A stretch of DNA of 64,000 nucleotides from a virus: the IMG/VR virus record IMGVR_UViG_3300031237_000251. One strand, 5' to 3'. Shown one piece after another: positions 54,554 through 63,663 of the stretch. Position 1 is the first letter of the stretch. Each line of letters opens with the position of its first letter. The notes below the pieces were generated by a model. It worked only from the letters and a program-made list of their open reading frames with translations, searched no databases and had not been told where the DNA came from. The position numbers and the translations under genes are program-made.

Positions 54554-54910
54554 ATGATGAAAAAACCTTCACCGCTGGCGGGCATGATGCTTCTAACAAT
54601 ATCCGCAACTCTTATGGGCGGCCATGCATCTGCATCATCTCTTTGTAGCCATGGCGTCGTGTCGGTAGGCGACTCTTACGAAGCTGTTGAGAAAAAATGC
54701 GGAAAACCTGATCACGAAACGATTCTACAAGTTGCTCAAAACGCCCCATCAAACAGCCAATACCCTCATGCAGCAATCACTCTATGGTTTTACGGTCCTA
54801 AAAATGGTGCCGTAACCCAAATAAGGTTCTCGGATAACCAGGTGATAAACACGATAACCTATCGACCGAACCGAGAAGAAGAGCAAGACCTCTACAAGAT
54901 AGATCCCTGA
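54554..54910 (+). CDS. DUF2845-like secreted protein
   Basis: Signal peptide, C...VSVGDS..AV.KKCGKP...W.YGP.NG. Confidence 0.75.
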   Translation: MMKKPSPLAGMMLLTISATLMGGHASASSLCSHGVVSVGDSYEAVEKKCGKPDHETILQVAQNAPSNSQYPHAAITLWFYGPKNGAVTQIRFSDNQVINTITYRPNREEEQDLYKIDP

Positions 54911-54931
54911 TAACCAACAAGACGATGTCTC

Positions 54932-55237
54932 TTACTCTCGCTCAGTACGTATCTCAACAAGCTCCCCCTCAACAAATCGAAAATACTTATAGGCACCGCC
55001 ATCCGGGCCATAAACCAGCGTCGCCTCACTAACAGCCCCCTTTTTGGGAACGCCATTATTTCTCAATGCAGGCCCCCACTCCTCTCGCCTAGTGGGTTTT
55101 CCACATTTCGCTAAAACCTGATCAATCGAATCTCCTGTACTGACAATCTCTGTTCCGCAGCGAACGGTTGAAGCATAGACCTCGCCCAAAGAGAGCATCA
55201 AAACACTTCCCAAGAGAAAAGAAATCCAGTCTTTCAT
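54932..55237 (-). CDS. DUF2845-like secreted protein (convergent paralog)
   Basis: Signal peptide, RCG..IVSTGDS..QVLAKCGKP...YGPDGG. Confidence 0.78.
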   Translation of the reverse strand: MKDWISFLLGSVLMLSLGEVYASTVRCGTEIVSTGDSIDQVLAKCGKPTRREEWGPALRNNGVPKKGAVSEATLVYGPDGGAYKYFRFVEGELVEIRTERE

Positions 55238-55479
55238 AAATCATTTCACCGACAGTAATTTAAGGATCAGACGGGGGCATTGGATGGCATGATGTTCATC
55301 ATATTGCCCACCGCAGCACCCCGTCATATTGGGGCATGTGTACCCACAAGTCATACTTTGGCCGATTATCTTTGGCAGTCGATCACGAGCACTACACGAT
55401 ACTTCTATCTGACTGAAAAATTTACATGCGACCAAAGGCCACCAGCCTGAGTGCTTGATCTCCCCGCATGCGACAAATA

Positions 55480-55495
55480 CTGTATAGATAAACAG
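55480..55495. promoter_or_regulatory. LexA (SOS) box
   Basis: CTGTATAGATAAACAG = CTGT-N8-ACAG, 18 nt upstream of ATG 55514. Confidence 0.8.
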
Positions 55496-55513
55496 CAGTA
55501 GTAAGGAAGCATC

Positions 55514-55747
55514 ATGGAGACCACTCAGTCCACCTACACCGCCCTCACCCGCCGCGTGCAAACGATCATCGCCACGCCCCGCGCCCAAATTGAGCACCAG
55601 GCGGTGATCTATCGACAGAGTGGTGAGTCGCCCCAGGACTGGGAGCGGCTCCTCGAGGAAATCCGGGACGCCGAAGGCGTGACCATGAGCGCACGCGAGG
55701 ATGGAGGCGTCCATCTGGCTTGGTATGTAGAACCGGCCGATTTCTGA
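55514..55747 (+). CDS. DUF1654-like protein, SOS-regulated
   Basis: YTALTRRVQTIIATPRAQ...DWERLLEEI...GGVHLAW; SOS box upstream and terminator GCCCGC/GCGGGT-T7 downstream. Confidence 0.78.
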   Translation: METTQSTYTALTRRVQTIIATPRAQIEHQAVIYRQSGESPQDWERLLEEIRDAEGVTMSAREDGGVHLAWYVEPADF

Positions 55748-55812
55748 TCCATCCCCTTTCTCCGATCCGAGCCCGCCAAGTGCGGGTTTTTTTCTGTCTC
55801 AAATATTTTTTG

Positions 55813-55867
55813 CAAGCTTGCTTGCACATTAAAAGCAAGCATGCTTTTATAAATACAAGTCTGCTTG
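55813..55867. promoter_or_regulatory. Leftward operator cluster (OL-like) and early promoter
   Basis: CAAGCTTGCTTG (55813-55824), CAAGCATGCTTT (55836-55847), CAAGTCTGCTTG (55856-55867); same consensus as OR. Confidence 0.8.
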
Positions 55868-56142
55868 CACAGCGGCAGGGCCTACCAGGCCCATCGATAA
55901 GGGCAACGAGCCGGCGCCAGAAAGTCCGGTACAGGGGAGGCCTCACCCCGGGTTCGCAGGATAGAGAACCGCATAAAAGAGAGTCGGCAGGCGAGCAGCC
56001 GTGGCCGACTGTCGGGCCCACAGGGCCCCCGAGAAAGCAATCGCCCAGCCGCAGGTGGCGTGTAACAGCGGACAGAGGAAGTTTTCACTGAAGCGCCTTC
56101 ACCGAGGGCGCTTTGGGGAAACAACCACCATCAGGAGTACCA

Positions 56143-56322
56143 ATGAGCGAGTTCAAGAAAGGCCAACCGGTGAAGTTCACCAACCCGAGGGGCCAGGTAC
56201 GGACCGGCAAATATGTCGGCGAGGTTGACCTGGGTCCGGGCCGCGGCAAGGGCGTCTATGCTGAAATCGACATCGAGGGAAAAACACTTCGCACGCGGCC
56301 GAACAAACTGCAGGCCGCCTGA
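56143..56322 (+). CDS. Small SH3-like early phage protein
   Basis: RBS AGGAG; FKKGQPVKF...GKYVGEV. Confidence 0.65.
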   Translation: MSEFKKGQPVKFTNPRGQVRTGKYVGEVDLGPGRGKGVYAEIDIEGKTLRTRPNKLQAA

Positions 56323-56558
56323 TGTAGCAACCCGCCACGGGTTCGGTATGCACGAGCGTTAGCGCTGCAGCCCCATCTCAGCAGAGCAGGTCTCACGGCC
56401 CGGCTCAAAGCGCGCTCGTGTTCGAGTAAACCCGAAGCCAAGGTGACAAGCCTCCTAACGGCCGCTGCGACCGTGGCGACACAGCAGACGACTGGCCGGC
56501 GTAACCGGCCCATTTCTCGAACGCCCAGCCAAGCGCTATTGAGGACGGAGGTATCGAG

Positions 56559-56822
56559 ATGAGCAATAAGATGCGCGAGGAGTTTGAAACCTGGCAGGTC
56601 GAGTCCGGCAGGACCGATCCGTACTGGTTCCAACCTGGCTACTCGTGGAATGAAGCCACCCAGAGCTACTCGATGCACGCCATCCAGGAAGACTGGGCGT
56701 GCTGGAGGGCATCGCGTTCGGCAATTGCGGTGGAACTGCCGCAACCAGCTGAAGACACGACACTCATGGATGCCAACGAGGTTCGCGCCGCCATTCACGC
56801 CGCGGGCATCCGCACTAACTAA
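56559..56822 (+). CDS. Small phage hypothetical protein, paralog of 48780-49013
   Basis: RBS GGAGG; shared motifs with 48780. Confidence 0.7.
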   Translation: MSNKMREEFETWQVESGRTDPYWFQPGYSWNEATQSYSMHAIQEDWACWRASRSAIAVELPQPAEDTTLMDANEVRAAIHAAGIRTN

Positions 56823-56991
56823 CAAATCACGCCCTCTCATGGCTGGAGATCAGCGCCAGCCACCTGCACCCCCTCCCTCTACCGCACCCATCCAGACAGC
56901 CGCTTCCTTCCTACTCACCGCATGGTCCCGCAATACCTGCAATGAGCGGAGGCGGCTGCCTGATGTGTGCCTAAGCCTCGAGGAAATCGAC

Positions 56992-57360
56992 ATGCCCACA
57001 CTAGCCCAGCGCAACGACGCTGCGATGCGCTCTACCCAGCGCACAGCAGATGGCGCCAACCCACCCGATGACAGCGGACGCTCCGGCTACATCGACAACC
57101 AAGTCGAGCTGCTGCTCTCCGGCCACGACGCCGACCATGTCTGGTTCGCCGGCATTCGCGGTGCTGACAACTTCGCAGAAGCCGCTACGGAGGCGCTCTG
57201 GCATGCAGATGCCGACACCGATAACACCATCCTGCGGATACTGATCGCAGTCCGTCGAGGTGACCTGGAAAGAGCACAGAGCCTGGCCGAGCAGTTCGAC
57301 ACCCCGCTGGATGCAGTTGCCCGGAAGATGGTCGTGAACACTACCCGGAGGGCGGCATGA
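56992..57360 (+). CDS. Early phage hypothetical protein
   Basis: RBS GAGG; ATGA chain with the following ORFs. Confidence 0.65.
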   Translation: MPTLAQRNDAAMRSTQRTADGANPPDDSGRSGYIDNQVELLLSGHDADHVWFAGIRGADNFAEAATEALWHADADTDNTILRILIAVRRGDLERAQSLAEQFDTPLDAVARKMVVNTTRRAA

Positions 57361-57614
57361 ACGCATCAGAAATGGAGTGGGCAAAAGCGAAGGCCGACAG
57401 CTTGATCCGGCAGATGATCGATAGGGTTGGCGAATCCATCTGGCCAACTCCCCACTTCTGCGAAGGATTGATCCAGATGGCCTACGCCACGGGCCTGATC
57501 GGAGACGCACGCCTTGGCTACTGGCAGCGCCGGCTGGAGTTGGCGGTAGCCGCCGGCACCGACAGAGCAAGATCAACACCGCAACCATCGAGGAGCGAGC
57601 CGTCGCATGATTGA
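57357..57614 (+). CDS. Early phage hypothetical protein
   Basis: FCEGLIQMAYATGLI motif; overlap chain. Confidence 0.65.
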   Translation: MNASEMEWAKAKADSLIRQMIDRVGESIWPTPHFCEGLIQMAYATGLIGDARLGYWQRRLELAVAAGTDRARSTPQPSRSEPSHD

Positions 57615-57807
57615 TTACCACCAAATCCCGCGTGCAGAGCTGCAGGCGCATCTGCGCTGCCACCGAGGCAACATGCGCTTACTCCGCAAGCATGCCCCGA
57701 AGCATGACACCGCCGCCGCCCGGCGCGCCATCTCCACCCAGTTCAACATCATGATCCAGATCTTCGAGATCGAGGTCCTGCTCGACACCCGGGAGAGCTC
57801 CTCATGA
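57607..57807 (+). CDS. Early phage hypothetical protein
   Basis: Overlap chain, RBS GAGGAG. Confidence 0.55.
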   Translation: MIDYHQIPRAELQAHLRCHRGNMRLLRKHAPKHDTAAARRAISTQFNIMIQIFEIEVLLDTRESSS

Positions 57808-57932
57808 AAACGATCGCTCCAACCTACAAGGATCTCGCCAAAGCCCTGCAATGCCAGGGCTTTTTTCTGGTCGCCGATCTGACCAAGTACCAGCGGGTGG
57901 TGAAGCGCAAGAAGAAGGACAAGGCGGCATGA
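57804..57932 (+). CDS. 42-aa basic hypothetical protein (not in the ORF track)
   Basis: MKTIAPTYKDLAKAL...KRKKKDKAA; ATGA overlaps at both ends. Confidence 0.5.
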   Translation: MKTIAPTYKDLAKALQCQGFFLVADLTKYQRVVKRKKKDKAA

Positions 57933-58048
57933 GCAGTCGTTACCAGCGCGCAAGGCGCTACGCCTACTGGCGCGGCTTCGCCATCGCCCTCTTCGTGTTC
58001 TCCCTTCTCTCCATCCTCGGCGGTCTCGCCGGCCAAATCACCTCCTGA
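57929..58048 (+). CDS. 39-aa single-TM protein
   Basis: MSSRYQRARRYAYWRGFAIALFVFSLLSILGG. Confidence 0.55.
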   Translation: MSSRYQRARRYAYWRGFAIALFVFSLLSILGGLAGQITS

Positions 58049-58061
58049 GGTTATCACCATC

Positions 58062-58856
58062 ATGGAAATCGTAACCGTGCGAGCCAGCTCGCTTGCGGAG
58101 CTATTCGACTGCCCGGCGCGCTGGGAAGCCAAGCATTTGCTCGGCATGCGTAACCCGTCTTCCGGGGCAGCCCTACTCGGCACTGCGGTCCACGCCTCTA
58201 CCGCCCTGTTCGACCAAGCGCAGCTTGATGGCAATCCCATCAACGCCTGCGAGGCCGCTGGGGCTCTGGTCGATGCGCTCTATCACCCGGATCAGGAAGT
58301 GGATTGGGAAGACTCCAGCCCCAAAGCAGTCGAGCCAATTGGTTTGGCATTGCATGCCCGCTACTGCAGCGAGATTGCACCGAAGCAGGACTACATCGGG
58401 ATCGAGGTCGCTTGCGAGCGTCTCGAAATCACCGACATCGGCCTTGCCCTGACGGGAACCACCGACCGGATTCGCCGGGTGGACGGCCAGCTCGGGATTG
58501 CCGATCTCAAGACTGGCGGGCGGGCGGTAGGCAGCGACGGGCATGCCGTCACCCAAGGCCACGGCCCGCAATTGGGGGTGTACGAGTTGCTCGCCGAGTT
58601 CGCCCTTGGCCAGCCGCTCACGGCTCCGGCCCAGATCATCGGCATGCAGACCGGCAAGACGGCCAACAGCCAGAAGGTAGGAATTGGCACCGTCGAGAAT
58701 GCCCGCGCTGCCCTGGTCGGCGATGAAGACTCCCCCGGCCTGCTCCAGCACGCCGCCCGAATCATCCATGGCGGGTCGTTCTACGGAAACCCGAAGTCGG
58801 TGCTGTGCTCAGCCCGCTACTGCCCCCGCTACCAATCCTGCCGCTTCAAGGGCTGA
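58062..58856 (+). CDS. PD-(D/E)XK exonuclease (Cas4/AddB-like, Cys cluster)
   Basis: RASSL...CPARW, GTTDR...IADLKTG, QLGVY, CSARYCPRYQSC. Confidence 0.85.
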   Translation: MEIVTVRASSLAELFDCPARWEAKHLLGMRNPSSGAALLGTAVHASTALFDQAQLDGNPINACEAAGALVDALYHPDQEVDWEDSSPKAVEPIGLALHARYCSEIAPKQDYIGIEVACERLEITDIGLALTGTTDRIRRVDGQLGIADLKTGGRAVGSDGHAVTQGHGPQLGVYELLAEFALGQPLTAPAQIIGMQTGKTANSQKVGIGTVENARAALVGDEDSPGLLQHAARIIHGGSFYGNPKSVLCSARYCPRYQSCRFKG

Positions 58857-58871
58857 CCACAAGGAGCCGAC

Positions 58872-59852
58872 ATGTCCAGTACCGCCACTCTAAATCAGCT
58901 CAAGAATCCTGCTCCACGCGAGGCATCTATGCCCATGGTGACCATGGGCTTCGGCAGCCTGCAAAGCTTTGAGCTGATGCAGCGCGCTGCCAAAGTTCTC
59001 GCTGGCTCGACCCTCGTCCCGACCGCCTACCGCGCTTTCAAAGAGGTGAAAGAGTTCGGACAGGTTGTCGGTTATGAGCCGAACGCAGCAGGCCTTCCAA
59101 ACTGCATCGTTGCGCTAAACATGGCGCAGCGTATGGGCGCGGATCCCCTGATGGTGATGCAGAACCTTCACATCATTGAAGGACGACCGAGTTGGTCGAG
59201 CACCTTCATCATCGCCGCAATCAATAACTGCGGTCGCTACAGCCCTCTGCGCTTCGAGCTGAGCGAGCCAAGCAGGCCGTTTGAGCTCGAGTACACCGCG
59301 GTTGAGTGGGTTTCCCAGCCCGGTAGCAACAAGAAGAAGAAACGTGACATCCAAAAGAAGGCCACCGTGCGCCATCAGACCTGCAAAGCCTGGGTGATCG
59401 AGAAGGAAACCGGTGAGCGCCTTGAGTCTCCCATCGTGTCTATTCAAATGGCGATTGACGAAGGCTGGCTGACGAAGAATGGCAGCAAGTGGCAAACGAT
59501 TCCCGAATTGATGCTGCGCTACCGCTGCGCGAGCTTCTTCGGTCGTCTCTATGCCCCCGAGTTGCTGATGGGCTTGCAGACGGTCGAAGAAACGCAGGAC
59601 TTCATCGAGGCCGAACCAGATGGTCGAGGAGGCTACTCCGTCAACCTCGACCATCTGCAGAGTCGGGCCGGGGATGAGCCCGCGCCGCCACCAGTGCCAG
59701 ATGCCGATGATGGGCATACCACCCTCCCCCATGAGCCAGCCGAGCAGGTGAACCTGCAGACCGGCGAGATCACCAGGCAACCGGAACCGGTAGCAGAGAC
59801 CGTCGGCCTGGCCGAGGAGCCTGGTACCACCGTCAGCCTGCAGCTGGAGTAG
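58872..59852 (+). CDS. RecT-like ssDNA annealing protein
   Basis: NCIVALNMAQRMGADPLMVMQNLHIIEGRP, WQTIPELMLRYRCASFF; follows the exonuclease. Confidence 0.75.
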   Translation: MSSTATLNQLKNPAPREASMPMVTMGFGSLQSFELMQRAAKVLAGSTLVPTAYRAFKEVKEFGQVVGYEPNAAGLPNCIVALNMAQRMGADPLMVMQNLHIIEGRPSWSSTFIIAAINNCGRYSPLRFELSEPSRPFELEYTAVEWVSQPGSNKKKKRDIQKKATVRHQTCKAWVIEKETGERLESPIVSIQMAIDEGWLTKNGSKWQTIPELMLRYRCASFFGRLYAPELLMGLQTVEETQDFIEAEPDGRGGYSVNLDHLQSRAGDEPAPPPVPDADDGHTTLPHEPAEQVNLQTGEITRQPEPVAETVGLAEEPGTTVSLQLE

Positions 59853-59855
59853 CCC

Positions 59856-60056
59856 ATGCTCAGCCGGACTGTCGACGAAATCTTCGATCGCGTCGAGGAG
59901 TTCACCTGCCTCCTCGGCGCAGCCGAGCTGAATGCCAGCACCGACTGGGAAGAACAGTTCGTCACCGACCTGCAGGCCAACTTCAAACGCTACGGCCCGC
60001 ACACCTACCTCAGTGACGCCCAGCACGAAACCCTCGAACGCATTGCCAACGCATAA
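59856..60056 (+). CDS. Small hypothetical protein
   Basis: WEEQFVTDL...YGPHTYLSDAQ..LERI. Confidence 0.7.
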   Translation: MLSRTVDEIFDRVEEFTCLLGAAELNASTDWEEQFVTDLQANFKRYGPHTYLSDAQHETLERIANA

Positions 60057-60066
60057 GGCCCCGCCC

Positions 60067-60855
60067 ATGAACCATATCAGCCATTCGATTGACCGCGCCC
60101 TTGATGACATGCTGGAAAGCGCCCAGCTGACCGACATCGACCTGAGCGAAGAGCTCGAGCCCATCCAGATGGCCAGCGAGACCCTCGGTCGCGACCTGCT
60201 GCAGGGCTGCCTGCAGGAAGTGCGCAACCTGCCCGAGGTCTGGCCCAAACTGAGCGAGCACTGCCAGGCCGACGTCATCGAACGCCTGACGGCCCGAATC
60301 GCCTCTTCGGTGAAGATGGCCGTTCGAATCCTGGCGGCAGACAACCGCCCCACCATCGACGGCATTCTGGAGTCGGTTGCCGTGAAAGACGGCATCAAGG
60401 CGACTTTCAAGGTCAGCCAGACGAACCCCGGGCGCCATGATCTGATCGACTCCGTGAACAAGGTCTGCCTGCTGGTGGTGGCCAGCGCAGCCGATCACCT
60501 GGGCGGGATGGAGGAGGTAAAGCCGGATCCCGACCAGTCGCCTCTGGATCTCAATGGCGGCGACGGAGACTTCGAAGAGGAAGTGGCGCGCGCCGAGCGG
60601 GAGTTCGCAGCCCCTGCTCCAGAAGAAACCTTCGGCGGCCGCACGATCGATGAGCTGGCCACCGACATCGCCAACCGCAAGAAAACCATCGATGCCAACT
60701 ACCTGCAGAGCCGCTATGCGCTGAGCAGCGACCAAGCGCTCCAGGTGATCGCCCAGCTTCTTGAGCGGAACGTGGTTGCGCTGGACGGCACCCATCACGA
60801 TGACGAGATGCAAACCGTCTACTGCGTCCTCAGCGACAACCTCAGCGTGGAGTAG
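60067..60855 (+). CDS. Phage protein with a C-terminal FtsK-gamma-like winged helix
   Basis: C-terminal IDANYLQSRYALSSDQALQVIAQLLERNVV resembles FtsK gamma. Confidence 0.65.
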   Translation: MNHISHSIDRALDDMLESAQLTDIDLSEELEPIQMASETLGRDLLQGCLQEVRNLPEVWPKLSEHCQADVIERLTARIASSVKMAVRILAADNRPTIDGILESVAVKDGIKATFKVSQTNPGRHDLIDSVNKVCLLVVASAADHLGGMEEVKPDPDQSPLDLNGGDGDFEEEVARAEREFAAPAPEETFGGRTIDELATDIANRKKTIDANYLQSRYALSSDQALQVIAQLLERNVVALDGTHHDDEMQTVYCVLSDNLSVE

Positions 60856-60861
60856 CGACAG

Positions 60862-62700
60862 ATGAAACTCGACCGCATCCTGGTCCAGAACATCCTGGGC
60901 CTGCGCCATGCCGATCTGGCGCTAACCGCTCCGATCACCCTCGTCGCCGGCCCCAATGGGGCTGGTAAATCCAGCCTGGGAGACGCCATTTCCATGGCGC
61001 TGCTGGGTAAACCCAAGCGCGTCAGCCTGAAGAAGGACATCGGGCAGTTGGTTACCGATGGCGCCAAGAAAGGCCTGGCAGCTGTATGGGCCGATGGCGA
61101 GCCGCTCGGCGAGCTCGTGCTGCCCAGTGATACCCATGCAGTGAACCCGCAAGATGGCTGGCAGTACCTGCCTTTCGTGCTGGATGCAGCCGCATTCACC
61201 ACGGCCCCGGCCGATGAGCGCCGCAAACTGCTGTTTCAGCTGACCGGCTGCCGCGCGACGCCAGATGCCATCGAGGCGCGGCTGATCGAGCTGGGGGCCG
61301 ATCCAGCCAAGGTCGCCGCCATCAAGCCGCTGCTGCTCTCCGGCTTCCCGGGCGCCAGCAAGGAAGCCAAATCCCGCGCCACCGAAGCCAAGGGCGCCTG
61401 GCGGGGAGTGACCGGCGAGACCTACGGCGATAAGAAGGCCGAAGGCTGGGAGCCGGCGCTCCCCACCACGCAGGTCGACGAGCAAGAGCTCGCAGAGAGC
61501 CGGAAGGCGCTGCAGGCGATCGAGACTGATTTGGAGGAAGCCCAGCAAACCCTGGGCGCCCACAAGGCCACTCGAAGCAATCATGCCGGCCTGGAAACGC
61601 GCATCGCCGAGCTCGAAGAACTGGCCGGGCTCGTCCAGCGCCGGCAGAACAAGCTGGACCACGACCAAGCTGACCTCCAGCACTGGAAAAGCCAGCTGGC
61701 TGCAGCCGAGGGGGCCGGCGCAGGGGGGAAACAAGGGCTGGTGCATGACATGGCCCGCAACCTGGCCGAGTGGCAGGCGCTGGCCAAGCGAACGGATGGC
61801 GTGAAGGAGAAGAACGGACCGACTACGCCCTGGCTCGTGCTCGGCGAGATGGACCGTCTCCACCTGCTGATGGACCGCTACCTCGAAGAGCATGGCCCGC
61901 TCGGCAGCGAGAGCAGCGAGAGCAGCGATCCGGATCAGACCAAGCGGGTACCGGAGTTCCGGCAGTACGTGGACAATCTCACCCGTACCGTCGCCAACAG
62001 CCAGCGCGATCTGACCGCGGCAGAAAGCGCCGCAGCCCAGGCCGCGGAGCTGAAGGCCCAACTGGATGCGGCCCCCAGCGAAGATGCTATCGCCAATGCC
62101 GAGCAGCTCATTAACGGGCTGCGCCAGCAGCGCGACACGCTGCGCGCCAAGGTGGAGGCTCTGCAGGCGGCATCCCAGGCCATTGCCCAGCACGACAGTT
62201 GTATCCAGCAGGCTGCGAAACACCATGCCGACGTGCAAGCCTGGACCCTCATCGGTGATGCACTGGCGCCCGATGGCATTCCGTCCGAGATGCTGGCCAA
62301 GGCCCTGAGCCCGATCAATGCCACCCTGCATGCCCTATCCAGTCGCGCCGGCTGGCCAGGGGTATCGGTGAGCAGCGACATGGAAGTGACTGCCAACGGC
62401 CGGACCTACGTCTTGCTCTCCGAGTCAGAGCAGTGGCGCTGCAATACCCTGATCGGCCTGGCTATCGCCCAGGCATCGGGCTTACGCCTGGCCGTGCTGG
62501 ATCGTTTCGACGTGCTGGACTTGCCCAGCCGGGCCCAACTGCTCGGCCTGCTGATCCAGATGGCCAAGGCTGGCGAAATCGACAGCGTCATCGTGTCAGG
62601 CACCCTGAAAGCGAAACCTGCTGCACTACCGACCGAGATCAATGCCGTTTGGATTGAGAGGGGTACTGTCGAAAGTACCCCCGTCAGTGCGGCTGCATGA
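60862..62700 (+). CDS. SMC / Rad50-like ABC ATPase with coiled coil
   Basis: Walker A GPNGAGKS, signature LSESEQ, Walker B AVLDRFD. Confidence 0.88.
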   Translation: MKLDRILVQNILGLRHADLALTAPITLVAGPNGAGKSSLGDAISMALLGKPKRVSLKKDIGQLVTDGAKKGLAAVWADGEPLGELVLPSDTHAVNPQDGWQYLPFVLDAAAFTTAPADERRKLLFQLTGCRATPDAIEARLIELGADPAKVAAIKPLLLSGFPGASKEAKSRATEAKGAWRGVTGETYGDKKAEGWEPALPTTQVDEQELAESRKALQAIETDLEEAQQTLGAHKATRSNHAGLETRIAELEELAGLVQRRQNKLDHDQADLQHWKSQLAAAEGAGAGGKQGLVHDMARNLAEWQALAKRTDGVKEKNGPTTPWLVLGEMDRLHLLMDRYLEEHGPLGSESSESSDPDQTKRVPEFRQYVDNLTRTVANSQRDLTAAESAAAQAAELKAQLDAAPSEDAIANAEQLINGLRQQRDTLRAKVEALQAASQAIAQHDSCIQQAAKHHADVQAWTLIGDALAPDGIPSEMLAKALSPINATLHALSSRAGWPGVSVSSDMEVTANGRTYVLLSESEQWRCNTLIGLAIAQASGLRLAVLDRFDVLDLPSRAQLLGLLIQMAKAGEIDSVIVSGTLKAKPAALPTEINAVWIERGTVESTPVSAAA

Positions 62701-62710
62701 GGAGAACGCC

Positions 62711-62929
62711 ATGAGCAATTCCCGAACCGCCGACAAGTTCGTGGTACGTCTACCAGACGGACTGCGCGGGCGCCTTGCCGATGCTGCCGCGGCACGGCAT
62801 GAGAGCATGAACACCCTCGCCATCCAGGCGCTGGAGAGCTATCTGGATCAGCACGCAGAGCTACAGATCATTCTCGGCGCACTGCGCGAACAACTGGAGC
62901 GTCAGGGGAAGCTTCCCTCTCCCGCCTGA
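62711..62929 (+). CDS. Arc-family ribbon-helix-helix regulator
   Basis: SRTADKFVVRLPDGLRGRL...SMN; RBS GAGGAG. Confidence 0.85.
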   Translation: MSNSRTADKFVVRLPDGLRGRLADAAAARHESMNTLAIQALESYLDQHAELQIILGALREQLERQGKLPSPA

Positions 62930-62993
62930 CGCCAAGCCCTCGCGACATCATGAGCCACCGCTGAAAGGTGCGGCGACTTTGTCTTGGAAAGGT

Positions 62994-63209
62994 TCAGGCC
63001 CTGAGCTGAACATTTCCCGGCATATCGTCACGGATGGCCCGCAGCTTCTCGGCATCACGGTTCAGCCGATGGACGACATTCAGCAGCCGCTGCCGAAGCA
63101 CCTGATCACCTACCTGATCAACCGCGCGCATCATCTCGATGGCGGCCGACTCATTGTCGGCTGCCACTGAATCCAGGGTCTTGCGAAAGCTTCTTACTGA
63201 TTGACTCAC
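62994..63209 (-). CDS. Small hypothetical protein
   Basis: Helical 71 aa with RBS GAGG. Confidence 0.6.
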   Translation of the reverse strand: MSQSVRSFRKTLDSVAADNESAAIEMMRAVDQVGDQVLRQRLLNVVHRLNRDAEKLRAIRDDMPGNVQLRA

Positions 63210-63663
63210 GGGGTTCCATCCTCTTGAAAGTCAGTTAAGGGGCTCTACAGACCCCCCCCCCAGCCGAAGTTCTACTGCAGATCGGGAGGCAGTGCGCCAG
63301 CACCGGCTTGTAGATGGAGCTCAGCTGACCAGCGCATATCTCCATCAATCACAATCCGGCTGCGATCAGCATGCACCAAGCGAATCTCCAGACCGACGTT
63401 TGGCTGGGAGATCCTGTCGAGGCCGTCGCCAACTGCAGTGTCGGCAGGTTCCATGCCTCACCAGACTGCCCCTACCACACCGACTATCGACCGGCCTGTG
63501 TAACGGCCGAAATCTACAGCACCACACTCAGACCCCAGCAATGAAAGCGAATCTGAATCCAGTCAAACGCGACAAGAGAGGGGAGCTTTTCGACTCCCGT
63601 GAAGTAACCAAAGTGGTGGTGAACTCCATCAATCAAGGCATCTACTTTTCCCAGAGGACAATC

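Noticed and set aside
61903-61928. 9-bp tandem repeat (CAGCGAGAG)x~3 in the SMC-like gene
   Set aside because: It is in frame and encodes a short SES linker at the coiled-coil apex, so it is not a phase-variation tract.
59115-62331. Long minus-strand ORFs (59115-60461, 60922-62331)
   Set aside because: They are shadows of the recombination genes.
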